DNA from: Litorivivens sp.
Lineage (GTDB): Bacteria; Pseudomonadota; Gammaproteobacteria; Pseudomonadales; Spongiibacteraceae
Direction: 5' to 3'
Assembly: GCA_041638115.1 (NCBI GenBank)
Contig: JBFKXO010000001.1
Span: 1,693 to 65,692 of the forward strand
Length of the DNA stretch: 64,000 bases
Below, piece after piece: positions 9,285 through 18,129 of the stretch. The notes under the pieces are model-generated. The model had not been told where the DNA came from. It was given only the letters and a program-made list of their open reading frames with translations, and searched no databases. A program made the translations under genes and the position numbers. Numbering within the stretch: position 1 is the first letter of the stretch; every line of letters starts with the position of its first letter.

Positions 9285-10820
9285 ATGAACGATTGGACTG
9301 CAGGTTACGTTGCGGATGTTGGATATACCTATGGCTACTACAATGAGCTAAATCCAACTCGGATAAAACTAGCTTTTCTTAATGCTGGCTTGGCCTTTCC
9401 GGAGGTCGGAGCGGCGTGCGAACTCGGGTTTGGACAAGGCCTAAGCGCTAATATCCATGCTGCTGCATCAGTGTGCGATTGGCATGGGACCGACTTTAAT
9501 CCGGCTCAAGCAGGTTATGCGAAGGAACTTGCATCGGTTTCGGGCGCTAAAACGTCGCTGCTTGATCAGGCTTTTGATGAGTTTTGTCGGCGTGACAATT
9601 TGCCAGATTTTGATTATATCGGGCTGCATGGTATTTGGAGTTGGATTAGTGATGAAAATCGCCGTGTGATTGTTGAATTCATAAGGCGTAAGTTAAAGGT
9701 GGGGGGTGTTTTGTATGTCAGTTATAACACGTTGCCTGGCTGGGCGGCTTTTGCGCCTATGCGCCATTTGATGACAGAGCATGCAGAGATTATCGGTGCG
9801 GCCGGTCATGGGATTGTTAATCGGATAAACGATGCAGTCGATTTCGCTGAACGTTTGTTGGCGACAAACCCGTTGTATTCTCGAGCTAACCCGCAAATAG
9901 CAGAGCGTTTGGCTAAGCTCAAAGAACAGAATCGACATTATTTGGCCCACGAGTATTTCAATAAAGATTGGACTCCAATGCATTTTGCCGATATGAAAGA
10001 ATGGCTCTCTGCCGCAAAACTAACGTATGCGTGTTCGGCAAATTATTCGGATCATATTAATACAATTAATCTGACCGGAGATCAGCAAGCGTTTCTTGCT
10101 GAAATTCCGGACAAGATGTTCCGAGAGTCGACTCGCGACTTTATGGTAAATCAACAATTTCGCCGCGACTATTGGGTTAAAGGCGCTCGCCAGCTGTCAT
10201 CTTTAGATGTTTTAGAGCAGTTTCGTGCGCAACGTTTGGTGCTGGTTTCTCATCGCCCTGATGTGAGTTTGAAAGTCAGCGGGGCGTTGGGGGAGGCGAC
10301 GATGAGTGAAGAAATTTATGGGCCGATACTAGACTTGATGTCAGATCACACAGTGCGCTCGGTGGCTGAAATAGAGGCAAGTGTCGCTACGAAAGGAGTC
10401 TCATTCGCTCAGTTGCGTGAGGCGGTTCTCCTTTTGGCGGGGTTGGGTCACTTGGCTGCCGTTATGTCGGAAAAGGAAATTGAACTTTCGGCGGTTACCA
10501 CAGATAGGTTGAATCAGCATCTGATGAAGCAAGCGAGAGCGAGTGCTGATGTGAATTATTTAGCCAGCCCGGTGACCGGAGGAGGTGTGGCGGTTAGTCG
10601 ATTTCAACAGCTATTTCTCATGGCAAGAAAGAGTGGATGCTCCCAACCTGAGGAGTGGGCAGAGTTCGCTTGGCGGGTTTTGTCTGGGCAAGGGCAGAGA
10701 ATCCTCAAAGATGGCAGGGTGTTAGAAAAAGACGATGAGAATCTCGCTGAGCTCCAGAGCTTTGCCAACGAATTTGCGTTGAAGCGTTTGAAGGTGCTGG
10801 AAGTCTTAAGGGTCGCTTAA
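9285..10820 (+). CDS. Class I SAM-dependent methyltransferase with predicted methyltransferase regulatory domain (511 aa), copy 2
   Basis: CELGFGQG motif, YLAHEYFN, NQQFRRDYWVKG. Colinear with 272..1807 and visibly more AT-rich. Confidence 0.88.
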   Translation: MNDWTAGYVADVGYTYGYYNELNPTRIKLAFLNAGLAFPEVGAACELGFGQGLSANIHAAASVCDWHGTDFNPAQAGYAKELASVSGAKTSLLDQAFDEFCRRDNLPDFDYIGLHGIWSWISDENRRVIVEFIRRKLKVGGVLYVSYNTLPGWAAFAPMRHLMTEHAEIIGAAGHGIVNRINDAVDFAERLLATNPLYSRANPQIAERLAKLKEQNRHYLAHEYFNKDWTPMHFADMKEWLSAAKLTYACSANYSDHINTINLTGDQQAFLAEIPDKMFRESTRDFMVNQQFRRDYWVKGARQLSSLDVLEQFRAQRLVLVSHRPDVSLKVSGALGEATMSEEIYGPILDLMSDHTVRSVAEIEASVATKGVSFAQLREAVLLLAGLGHLAAVMSEKEIELSAVTTDRLNQHLMKQARASADVNYLASPVTGGGVAVSRFQQLFLMARKSGCSQPEEWAEFAWRVLSGQGQRILKDGRVLEKDDENLAELQSFANEFALKRLKVLEVLRVA

Positions 10821-11134
10821 CGTGTTTGGGCAACTTATTTAACGCTCGCATATCTATTGAGGGTTCTGCGTTGCGATTGGTGGTGTGTCGGGCTGGGGAG
10901 TGTTCGAGCAGAGAGAGTCATTTGGCAACTAAAAATACTAAGAAACAGTAGCTTGCTGAGCATTTTTAAGATGCTTTCCCGCCGTAATCATTTGATTCTG
11001 GCGTTCCCGATCTGGCACTTCTCAGCACCGTTCTAGCGGGACATGTAAAAGCCATCAGAAATGGTAATTTTGCCTTTTTTTTGCGCTATCATTGTGGTTG
11101 GGGGAATTGCTGATAAAACAGGTCGGGGTGCACC

Positions 11135-14100
11135 ATGAGTAAGACTACTGTCCCAGAGAATGCTGTCGCGTTAACGACTACCAATGATGAAATTGTAGGT
11201 GACGCCACTGACAATTTTTACACGGCAATAACGTCTGCTGTGGAAGGTGAGTCGACATTGAATGCTGGCGACTACGTCGATGCGGGCGACGGTGACGATA
11301 CCTTGCAGGTTTCGCTAGGCGCTGACTTCAACGGGTTCAATGTTGAATCCAGCGGCCTGCAAGCGATTGAAATGATCGAGTTGAATAATGTCAGTGCCAA
11401 TGCCTTGGTGTTTGACACGTCGGGAATTCACGGTGCCCAGGTTTATTCGTTGACATCGCAGCAGGGCCAGGTCATTTCGCTTGCAGGGCTGGACAACACC
11501 GACGTGTTGGTGAAAGCCAGCGACATGACTCAGGGTACGTTGAGTATTGGTTTTGCGGTGGAGGTAACGGATGGTGAGGCTGATGCGCTGTCTTTGTCAC
11601 TGCGCGATGTCGGTTCGGAAGCGGAGCACGTAGCCCTTGAGATAAACAACATTGAATCGCTGGAACTCGACGTTACCGGTGATAATTTCCTGTCCCTCGA
11701 GGCCTTGGGCAGCGATAGCCTCGTAGTATCCGGCGAGGGCAGTCTGAGTATTGTCAATCTGGCTAGCGTCGCGCTGGTTGATGCGGCTGCGATGACGGGT
11801 GATTTGTCGCTGGTGCTTTCCGCTAGTGAAGAGGGTAGCCGGGATCTACGAGGCGGCGCCGGCGACGATGTGTTTGCGCTGGATGTCGGGCGTACCGGGT
11901 TTACCAGTATTGATGGCGGTGCGGGCAAGAACACACTTCGCTTGTCCGGCGCGTCAGAAAGCACCGGCGCGCTCGCGTTTGATCTGCAGGGGATCACTAC
12001 CATTGAGCTCGATGCTATAACCAGCAGTTTCTCGCTCTCTACGTCCGAGGTGCCGTTGGGAGTTGAATTGCTGGAGATTCAGGAGAACGGTCTGGCAGCG
12101 GACACGACCGCGTCGTTCAACAATATTTTCACTGCTCCCGCCGTCAAGATAACCACGTATGGCAATCAGCAGGCTGCAACGATCTATCCGGGATTAGAGG
12201 CAGCAGAGTTGGTAGAGTTTTCCACGGTTGCCAGCGCTGCCGCCCAGGCAAGCAAGGTTGCGGCTGATGAAGTCGCGTTGAAAGTGATGCCCCCTCCGGT
12301 TTACAGGGAAGTGTCGTTTGCGTCTTCTGTATCCGAAAGTGCCCCGCCTCCGTCGGCGGGGATCGGGGAGGTTAATATTGGGGCTTATACAACCTTTATC
12401 GGCGAGTTGGATATTCAGGGTTCGGTGACCCTCAATGTTGCCAGTGGGCGAGACGATGATGGTAATGAACTGACCAGTTTTAACGGCTTTCTTGGTGTAT
12501 ATGACGGTGATTATCTGCGCATTAGTGCTGATGGCCTGATGGGGCCTCACGCGGTTGTTGATACCACGGCAGCAGACCTTCAGATCAAGCTGGAGCAAGG
12601 TGGTGCGCTTCAGCTTTATTCTGAGGCGTCCGATGTTTTGCTGGAAAGTCGCGGAGATGTCGATCTGAAAGAGACCTTCATCGATTATGCAAAAAACGCG
12701 CGATTAACCGCTATATCAGGCCATATAAATGGGGCTGGAAGCCTGCTGGGTGTCGGGACGCTGACCTTGGGTGGGGAAGATGCGACGTCGCAAATTTCGC
12801 TGGGCCCGATATTTCAGATTGAAGAGGGCGGCGGGCAAAGTATTACGGCGAGCGGACTTGCGGCAGGACTCGTGATTGGCAATATGGTCGCGGATATGAG
12901 TGATCTCGTGTTAAACGTCGCTAACGTGTCTGGTGATGTTACAACAGGGGCCATCGTCACGCAGAACGATAAAGATGCTGCGGTCATTGCCAGTAAAACG
13001 GGTGGTACTCATATCGCGCAGATTACGGGATTCGGTGAAGCCAATATCACAGTGGATGCGTCCAATACTTCAGGAGCTCACGGTGAGACAGGTAAAGCTG
13101 TGTCAGTAGGGGATATCACAGTGTTGCCCGTCGACGCAGAAAGTGGAGCTTCGCAACTATTCGGCCGTATCGGGATTACCTTAAATGGCACTGGTAGCGT
13201 GGCGTTTGGCGATTTAACTGCGCACACCGTTATCGTTGATGCAAAAGGCTACACGGCCGGCGCGATTGGCGGCGAGGGAAGCCCTGCGGCGAGCTTTGGT
13301 GCAATCACAGCGAATAATATTCTTTTGAAGGGCTCAAGTTCACAGTCTAATAACTTTATTGTGGCGGGCCTCGGTGTGGACAATGGCTACAACTGGGTGA
13401 CGCTGTTAGGGGGTGCCAGTAGTGATAGCCTCACCATCAATCAGGAGGTGCGGGCTGACCAGGTCGTGGTGGTGCGCTTTGATGATAAGACAGCGTCCGA
13501 TAACGATACGCTTTACATCAACGAAAGTATGGCGCTCTACAATCCGCTGTCGCGATTCAATGTGACTGGCGTCGAAAACGTTGCGATTGCCGAGGGCAAA
13601 GAAGTGTCCTTTGTGGGCGTAAGTGCCAGTCATACTTATACGGTAACCTCCGGTACATTATCAATGCTGGGTACTGCGGGTGGAAATTTCATTGATGCCA
13701 GCAATACCGGGCGCACAGGGTCTGGCGTTGTTCAGATTATCGGTTTTGACGGAAACGATATTATTTTTGCGGGTAGTGGTGGTCAGGACGTGTATGCCGG
13801 CGACGGCGATGACTACATTCGCGGGGGCGTCGGCGACGATTACCTTGATGGTTATTGGGGCAAGGATGATATTTTTGGCGCCGATGGTGATGACACGATT
13901 TTCGGTCAGGATGGCGCCGACGATTTGTATGGTGGTGCAGGCAGCGACTCCCTTTACGGCGGTGCCGACAACGATCGCCTGCTAGGCGATGCAGGGGACG
14001 ACTTTCTCTACGGTGGCGCTGGCGCCGACAAGCTAGAGGGCGGTGCGGGTAGTGACTATCTCGAAGGCGGTGACGGCAAGGATAATTTGCAAGGCGGCGA

Positions 14101-14800
14101 GGGCGATGATCACCTGATTGGAGACAATGGTTTTAGCTATTCGGAGATCTATGTGGCGTACAGCATTTCCGATCAGGAATCCACAAGCGAAATAAATTAC
14201 GACTTTGATGACGTGCTGGTGGGTGGCGATGGTAATGATACGCTGGAAGGCGGTGCGGGTGCCGACACCTTGACCGGTGGTGCCGGCGTTGATCGCTTTG
14301 TATTTGGTGGTGATTACTACTATGGCCCGGTGCAGTCATCGGTGAGTGCTCCCGATAAGATTACTGACTTCAATGCGGGTGGTACCGAGTGGATTGATTT
14401 TCAGGTGAATCTGTATAAGTCCGTATCCTATGAATCGAGTGGTGAAGGAGAGGCAAGTATCGACGCAGGTGGTAAGGCAACCTTTAATGCTGCTGATGGC
14501 ACCTTAAGCGATAAGATTGGCGCAGTGGCGAGAACGCTCGATCTACTTGCGGGCGGTGGCTATAGCCCTGACCACGGTGGCGGTGACACTTTTGATGGCG
14601 GTTATTACTATGGCAGCGCCGCAGGGGCTGCGGCATTTTTCGAGCATTCGGGGGATACCTTTGTGTTTGTGGCCGGGTACGAGACGGGTTATGCCGAGGA
14701 TGATTCCTTGATTGTATTGCAGAGCAAAACCGGTTATTCGTCGCTGCTTGAATATAATGGCAATATCAGTCTTTCAAACGAGCCTGCGCAATATGGTTGA
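11135..14800 (+). CDS. Large RTX/S-layer-like type I-secreted protein 2 (1221 aa)
   Basis: No signal peptide. Starts with S-layer-type LTTTND..STLNAGDYVDAGDGDDTL module, has a long run of GGxGxDxLxG Ca-binding nonapeptides (~13770-14290) and a T1SS-type tail (DRFVF..DKITDF). Confidence 0.85.
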   Translation: MSKTTVPENAVALTTTNDEIVGDATDNFYTAITSAVEGESTLNAGDYVDAGDGDDTLQVSLGADFNGFNVESSGLQAIEMIELNNVSANALVFDTSGIHGAQVYSLTSQQGQVISLAGLDNTDVLVKASDMTQGTLSIGFAVEVTDGEADALSLSLRDVGSEAEHVALEINNIESLELDVTGDNFLSLEALGSDSLVVSGEGSLSIVNLASVALVDAAAMTGDLSLVLSASEEGSRDLRGGAGDDVFALDVGRTGFTSIDGGAGKNTLRLSGASESTGALAFDLQGITTIELDAITSSFSLSTSEVPLGVELLEIQENGLAADTTASFNNIFTAPAVKITTYGNQQAATIYPGLEAAELVEFSTVASAAAQASKVAADEVALKVMPPPVYREVSFASSVSESAPPPSAGIGEVNIGAYTTFIGELDIQGSVTLNVASGRDDDGNELTSFNGFLGVYDGDYLRISADGLMGPHAVVDTTAADLQIKLEQGGALQLYSEASDVLLESRGDVDLKETFIDYAKNARLTAISGHINGAGSLLGVGTLTLGGEDATSQISLGPIFQIEEGGGQSITASGLAAGLVIGNMVADMSDLVLNVANVSGDVTTGAIVTQNDKDAAVIASKTGGTHIAQITGFGEANITVDASNTSGAHGETGKAVSVGDITVLPVDAESGASQLFGRIGITLNGTGSVAFGDLTAHTVIVDAKGYTAGAIGGEGSPAASFGAITANNILLKGSSSQSNNFIVAGLGVDNGYNWVTLLGGASSDSLTINQEVRADQVVVVRFDDKTASDNDTLYINESMALYNPLSRFNVTGVENVAIAEGKEVSFVGVSASHTYTVTSGTLSMLGTAGGNFIDASNTGRTGSGVVQIIGFDGNDIIFAGSGGQDVYAGDGDDYIRGGVGDDYLDGYWGKDDIFGADGDDTIFGQDGADDLYGGAGSDSLYGGADNDRLLGDAGDDFLYGGAGADKLEGGAGSDYLEGGDGKDNLQGGEGDDHLIGDNGFSYSEIYVAYSISDQESTSEINYDFDDVLVGGDGNDTLEGGAGADTLTGGAGVDRFVFGGDYYYGPVQSSVSAPDKITDFNAGGTEWIDFQVNLYKSVSYESSGEGEASIDAGGKATFNAADGTLSDKIGAVARTLDLLAGGGYSPDHGGGDTFDGGYYYGSAAGAAAFFEHSGDTFVFVAGYETGYAEDDSLIVLQSKTGYSSLLEYNGNISLSNEPAQYG

Positions 14801-15287
14801 ATTGCAGCGCATTACCACGCAATACAGTGAAAACGAGGATCGTCTGCAAATATTGGGAGAGACGGCTAGTGGTGCAACGGTATCTTTGTGGTTCACCCGT
14901 CGGTTGATGGATCGGCTTCTTGGGACGTTGTTAACATGGCTTGATGCCCAAGAAGTTGCAGGCACTGAGGTAGCGGCGGTTCAGGCTTTTCAGCAGGATG
15001 TTGCAAAATCGGCGTTGAAACCGCAAGCGCCCGTTGTGCCAATGGCGGATACGGTAAATGCTCTGCCGAGCAGTGTTGATATCGCTCAGGGCGAGGACGG
15101 TGTGCGCCTGACATTTAAGTCTGCCGACCATTCAGCGTTGGCATCATTGGCCTTGTCAGGTGACACATTGAGGCAGTGGCTACAGATTGTACACGGCCTC
15201 TACATAAAAGCTGAGTGGAGTACCCAGCTATGGCCGGGATGGTTTGCTAGATCGCAGCAAGACATTGCCTCGGCGCATATTCATTAA
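14793..15287 (+). CDS. Conserved hypothetical protein (164 aa) translationally coupled to RTX protein 2
   Basis: ATG overlaps the end of the RTX gene. LQRITTQYSENEDRL..LWFTRRL..LRQWLQIV..AEW pattern resembles proteins I recall next to SapC/T1SS genes. Confidence 0.7.
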   Translation: MVELQRITTQYSENEDRLQILGETASGATVSLWFTRRLMDRLLGTLLTWLDAQEVAGTEVAAVQAFQQDVAKSALKPQAPVVPMADTVNALPSSVDIAQGEDGVRLTFKSADHSALASLALSGDTLRQWLQIVHGLYIKAEWSTQLWPGWFARSQQDIASAHIH

Positions 15288-15308
15288 GCGAGGTTCCACC
15301 TGAGCCGA

Positions 15309-16085
15309 CTAAAGCAGGTCGTCAAAACTGATGCCGCTGTCGTCACTGGGCAGCTTGATCGATGGCTGTTCAACGGGTGTCGGCATAGCGCTGGCAGCTT
15401 TTGCCCGTTCTGCCAGCCGATTAATTTGCTGCATTGACAGAAGCTGGCAATAGGCAACCATCATGCCGCCTTCGTGTTGAATTTCTCGCAAGGCGTCACC
15501 ATCGAGTTTGTTCAGTAGATTTTCCTTGACTCTGTAAAGTCCCTCGACGGGGACAGTTTTGTCGTCTTTTTGAACGCTAAGCGGCCAGGGTTCCATTAGC
15601 TGATATTTGGCCAGCGCATCACAGGCGCGCTGTGTTGCGGAGCGATTGCCTTCAATTTTATTGAGGAAGTCGAGAATTTCCTGAATGGCTGTGGAGGGTT
15701 TGCCTTCTTCTGAAAAGAATTGTTCGTCCTCAGCGTGAGAAGACAGTAGTCCGGAATCTTCATCAAAGCAAAGCATTAGCTCGCCGGACTCGTTTTTGGC
15801 GAGCTGAAACGGGTGGCTGCGAAAACTTGCCGGTATGTAATTCCCCTGCCACTGCCCCTCTGCGTTTATAAACAGGTTTTGTCCTGCTTGAAACCCCATC
15901 AGGCAGATTGGTAAAAATGATTCGTTGTTTTTTGCAAAACCGATGGGAAGTTCCAGTAAAGCCTTGCTCATTTCTGCCATAACCAGTGAGGTGAAATGGT
16001 GGCTGGCCGCAAACTGATAATCGGTGTGACGTTTCCAGCGTTGTGAGCCATGGCGGGAGCGGGAAACGGGATACAGCGAAGGCAT
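15309..16085 (-). CDS. sapC: SapC family protein
   Basis: PVSRSRHG..W..DYQFAA..PIGF..LMG..GQNLF..W.GNYIPASFRSHPF..GLYRV.E..L..AYCQLLSMQQI. Start moved to MPSLYP. Confidence 0.85.
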   Translation of the reverse strand: MPSLYPVSRSRHGSQRWKRHTDYQFAASHHFTSLVMAEMSKALLELPIGFAKNNESFLPICLMGFQAGQNLFINAEGQWQGNYIPASFRSHPFQLAKNESGELMLCFDEDSGLLSSHAEDEQFFSEEGKPSTAIQEILDFLNKIEGNRSATQRACDALAKYQLMEPWPLSVQKDDKTVPVEGLYRVKENLLNKLDGDALREIQHEGGMMVAYCQLLSMQQINRLAERAKAASAMPTPVEQPSIKLPSDDSGISFDDLL

Positions 16086-16259
16086 TAAGACTCCGAGAAA
16101 ACAGGATTGACGGTGGCAGTGAGTGGTGGAGTATAACAGAGGTTTGGGAATGTCAGCATCCCGCACCGAGCTCAAGCCTTTGTTATACTCTCGGGCCACG
16201 TAAGGGGCTAGCGGTTCGCTGCTAGCCGGAGTGCAAGATTTAAATAGTAAGGAGTAAAG

Positions 16260-16454
16260 ATGTCTGACGATCAAAAAGTGGTAATCGACGGACAAGAATA
16301 CGCGCTGTCTGATCTCAATGAAGAAGCCCGCGCCCAGATCACAAACCTGCGGGTTGCGGATCAGAAGATCGCGCAATTGCAGCAGGAGATTGCGCTGGTA
16401 ACGACTGCCAGAAACACCTATGCAAAGGTTCTGGAGTCACATTTAGCTAAATAG
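16260..16454 (+). CDS. DUF6447-like small protein
   Basis: Strong TAAGGAG RBS. VIDGQEYALSDLNEEARAQITNLRVADQKIAQLQQEIALVTTARNTY pattern. Confidence 0.8.
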   Translation: MSDDQKVVIDGQEYALSDLNEEARAQITNLRVADQKIAQLQQEIALVTTARNTYAKVLESHLAK

Positions 16455-16463
16455 TGTTTATAG

Positions 16464-16504
16464 ACCGGGGGCGTGAGTCTTGTCTGCGAAGATTAGCCCC
16501 CGGT
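16464..16504. terminator. Hairpin between convergent genes (probable bidirectional terminator)
   Basis: ACCGGGGGC..AGTCTT..AAGATT..GCCCCCGGT. Confidence 0.55.
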
Positions 16505-16511
16505 GGCGAGC

Positions 16512-17894
16512 TTAGGATTGGGTGATTGGAATGTTAAGCGCGCTCTTATTTCCTTTCGGTGTTTCTACTTCAATGGTGAGTACGCCCGAGCCCGCCGCGC
16601 CTGCAGGTGCAACCTGAAAGGTGAAACGTGATGGGTCGGAAGCTGCGGATCCAGTGGCAGGATTAAACGTGGTATTCAGCATCTCGTAACTTTTGGGATC
16701 TTCGAGAGTGCCAAATGTAGTTGTTGCATTGATTTTTGTTCCGACCGGAGGCACTTGGCCATTGTTTGCGCCCTTTACGTCGACGACCACGCTGACTGGT
16801 GGGCCGCCTGTGGTCAGGGCAATGGCCGATGGCGTTGCCGTGATATCGAAGAAAGAATCTGAAAAAATTATCTCGATATTGCGAAATACTTGCGTGGTCT
16901 TGGTGCTGGAGCATTTGGCCGGGCCGTTGCAAAGTAGGCCGTTGTATTGCCCATCTACCAAGTCGTATGCGTTGTTGGAATTGAAGTCGATATAAATTTC
17001 ATTGGGATCTCTTGAGCCGTTGAAATTGTCGTCTCGAAAAGCTTCTCGCGAAGTATCCGAAAAGGTCTCTGCGTCGTCATAGCGGCCATTGGAAGGTGTA
17101 GTATCGAGAAATGATTCTTCACCTATGGCGCTGACCAGTACAGTAACCCGGCCGTCTAATGGCCTAGGTTGCTGGCTGGTTAATTTCACTTCGCAGGCGC
17201 CGTCCACTGTAAAACAACTGCCAGGGATCGAGCCACCCTCGGTGGTAAAGTAAATGGCGGTATTGTCGGCCACGGGGTTGTTGTAGCGGTCTGCGGCGCG
17301 CAACGTAATCGTTGTTTCCTCGCCATCGTAGTAGCTTCCTTCAATATTAAAGTCGGAAATGCTGACGGAAAAACTGTCTTGGTCGGCGATGCCAGTCGTA
17401 ATAACCAGTTGGCTTGATTGTGCAGATGCAGTCGCGCCATTCATTGTAGATGTGGCGGTAACGCGAGCGGAGGTGGAAACGTCGCCACTAGAAACTGTCA
17501 CTACGGCCAGTCCGTTCTCATCGGTGATGCGCTGCGAGTGAGAAAGTGTAATTCCACCAACAGATGTATTGAGCGAAAAGTCCACTGGTTGGCCAACTAC
17601 AGGGTCGCCATTTGCATCGGTAACTGTAAATGTGATGATGGATTGGGTGGCGATTACATCGGTTCCGCGGATGCCGATGGTTTCCGGAGTAGCCGAAGTA
17701 AACGTGATAGCACCTACGCCGGCAAACGAGCCCGTCGAGCCGGGTGTTGCGGTATTGTTCCCGCCTCCCGTGGTATTGCCCGAATTCAGTCCGCTGATGT
17801 TTGGCCCATCATCACTGTCACTGCTGCCACCCGGGCAGCCGCCCAAGATGACAACCAGAAACCCCAACAGAAGCACTTGTACGAGCTGTTTCAT
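16512..17894 (-). CDS. Lipoprotein with bacterial Ig-like (Big_1/invasin-type) domains
   Basis: Lipobox ILGGC, ITFTVTDANGDPVVGQPVDF, TDENGLAVVTV, AIGEESFLD..NG.YD. Confidence 0.75.
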   Translation of the reverse strand: MKQLVQVLLLGFLVVILGGCPGGSSDSDDGPNISGLNSGNTTGGGNNTATPGSTGSFAGVGAITFTSATPETIGIRGTDVIATQSIITFTVTDANGDPVVGQPVDFSLNTSVGGITLSHSQRITDENGLAVVTVSSGDVSTSARVTATSTMNGATASAQSSQLVITTGIADQDSFSVSISDFNIEGSYYDGEETTITLRAADRYNNPVADNTAIYFTTEGGSIPGSCFTVDGACEVKLTSQQPRPLDGRVTVLVSAIGEESFLDTTPSNGRYDDAETFSDTSREAFRDDNFNGSRDPNEIYIDFNSNNAYDLVDGQYNGLLCNGPAKCSSTKTTQVFRNIEIIFSDSFFDITATPSAIALTTGGPPVSVVVDVKGANNGQVPPVGTKINATTTFGTLEDPKSYEMLNTTFNPATGSAASDPSRFTFQVAPAGAAGSGVLTIEVETPKGNKSALNIPITQS

Positions 17895-18129
17895 TGAAAC
17901 CTGTCCTTGTTGTTAGCTTGGTTGCAGTTGCCGCAAACTTATTCTAGAAAATATCGCAGTCTTTTGCTTCAAGTTACTGAAAATAGGTCGAAAGCACAAC
18001 AAAAACCTTCTGGCGCCTCGGCGCTGCTGATGCCAGCGGTGGATAGCGTTTTGATTTGGTTCGAGTTTTCTGGAGGCTGGGGGGGTAAAGGAGGCTGGCG
18101 TTGCAGCGCCAGCCTCGGTTGGCGGGAAG

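Noticed and set aside
13770-14290. 27-bp periodic DNA repeats
   Set aside because: Explained by RTX nonapeptide coding
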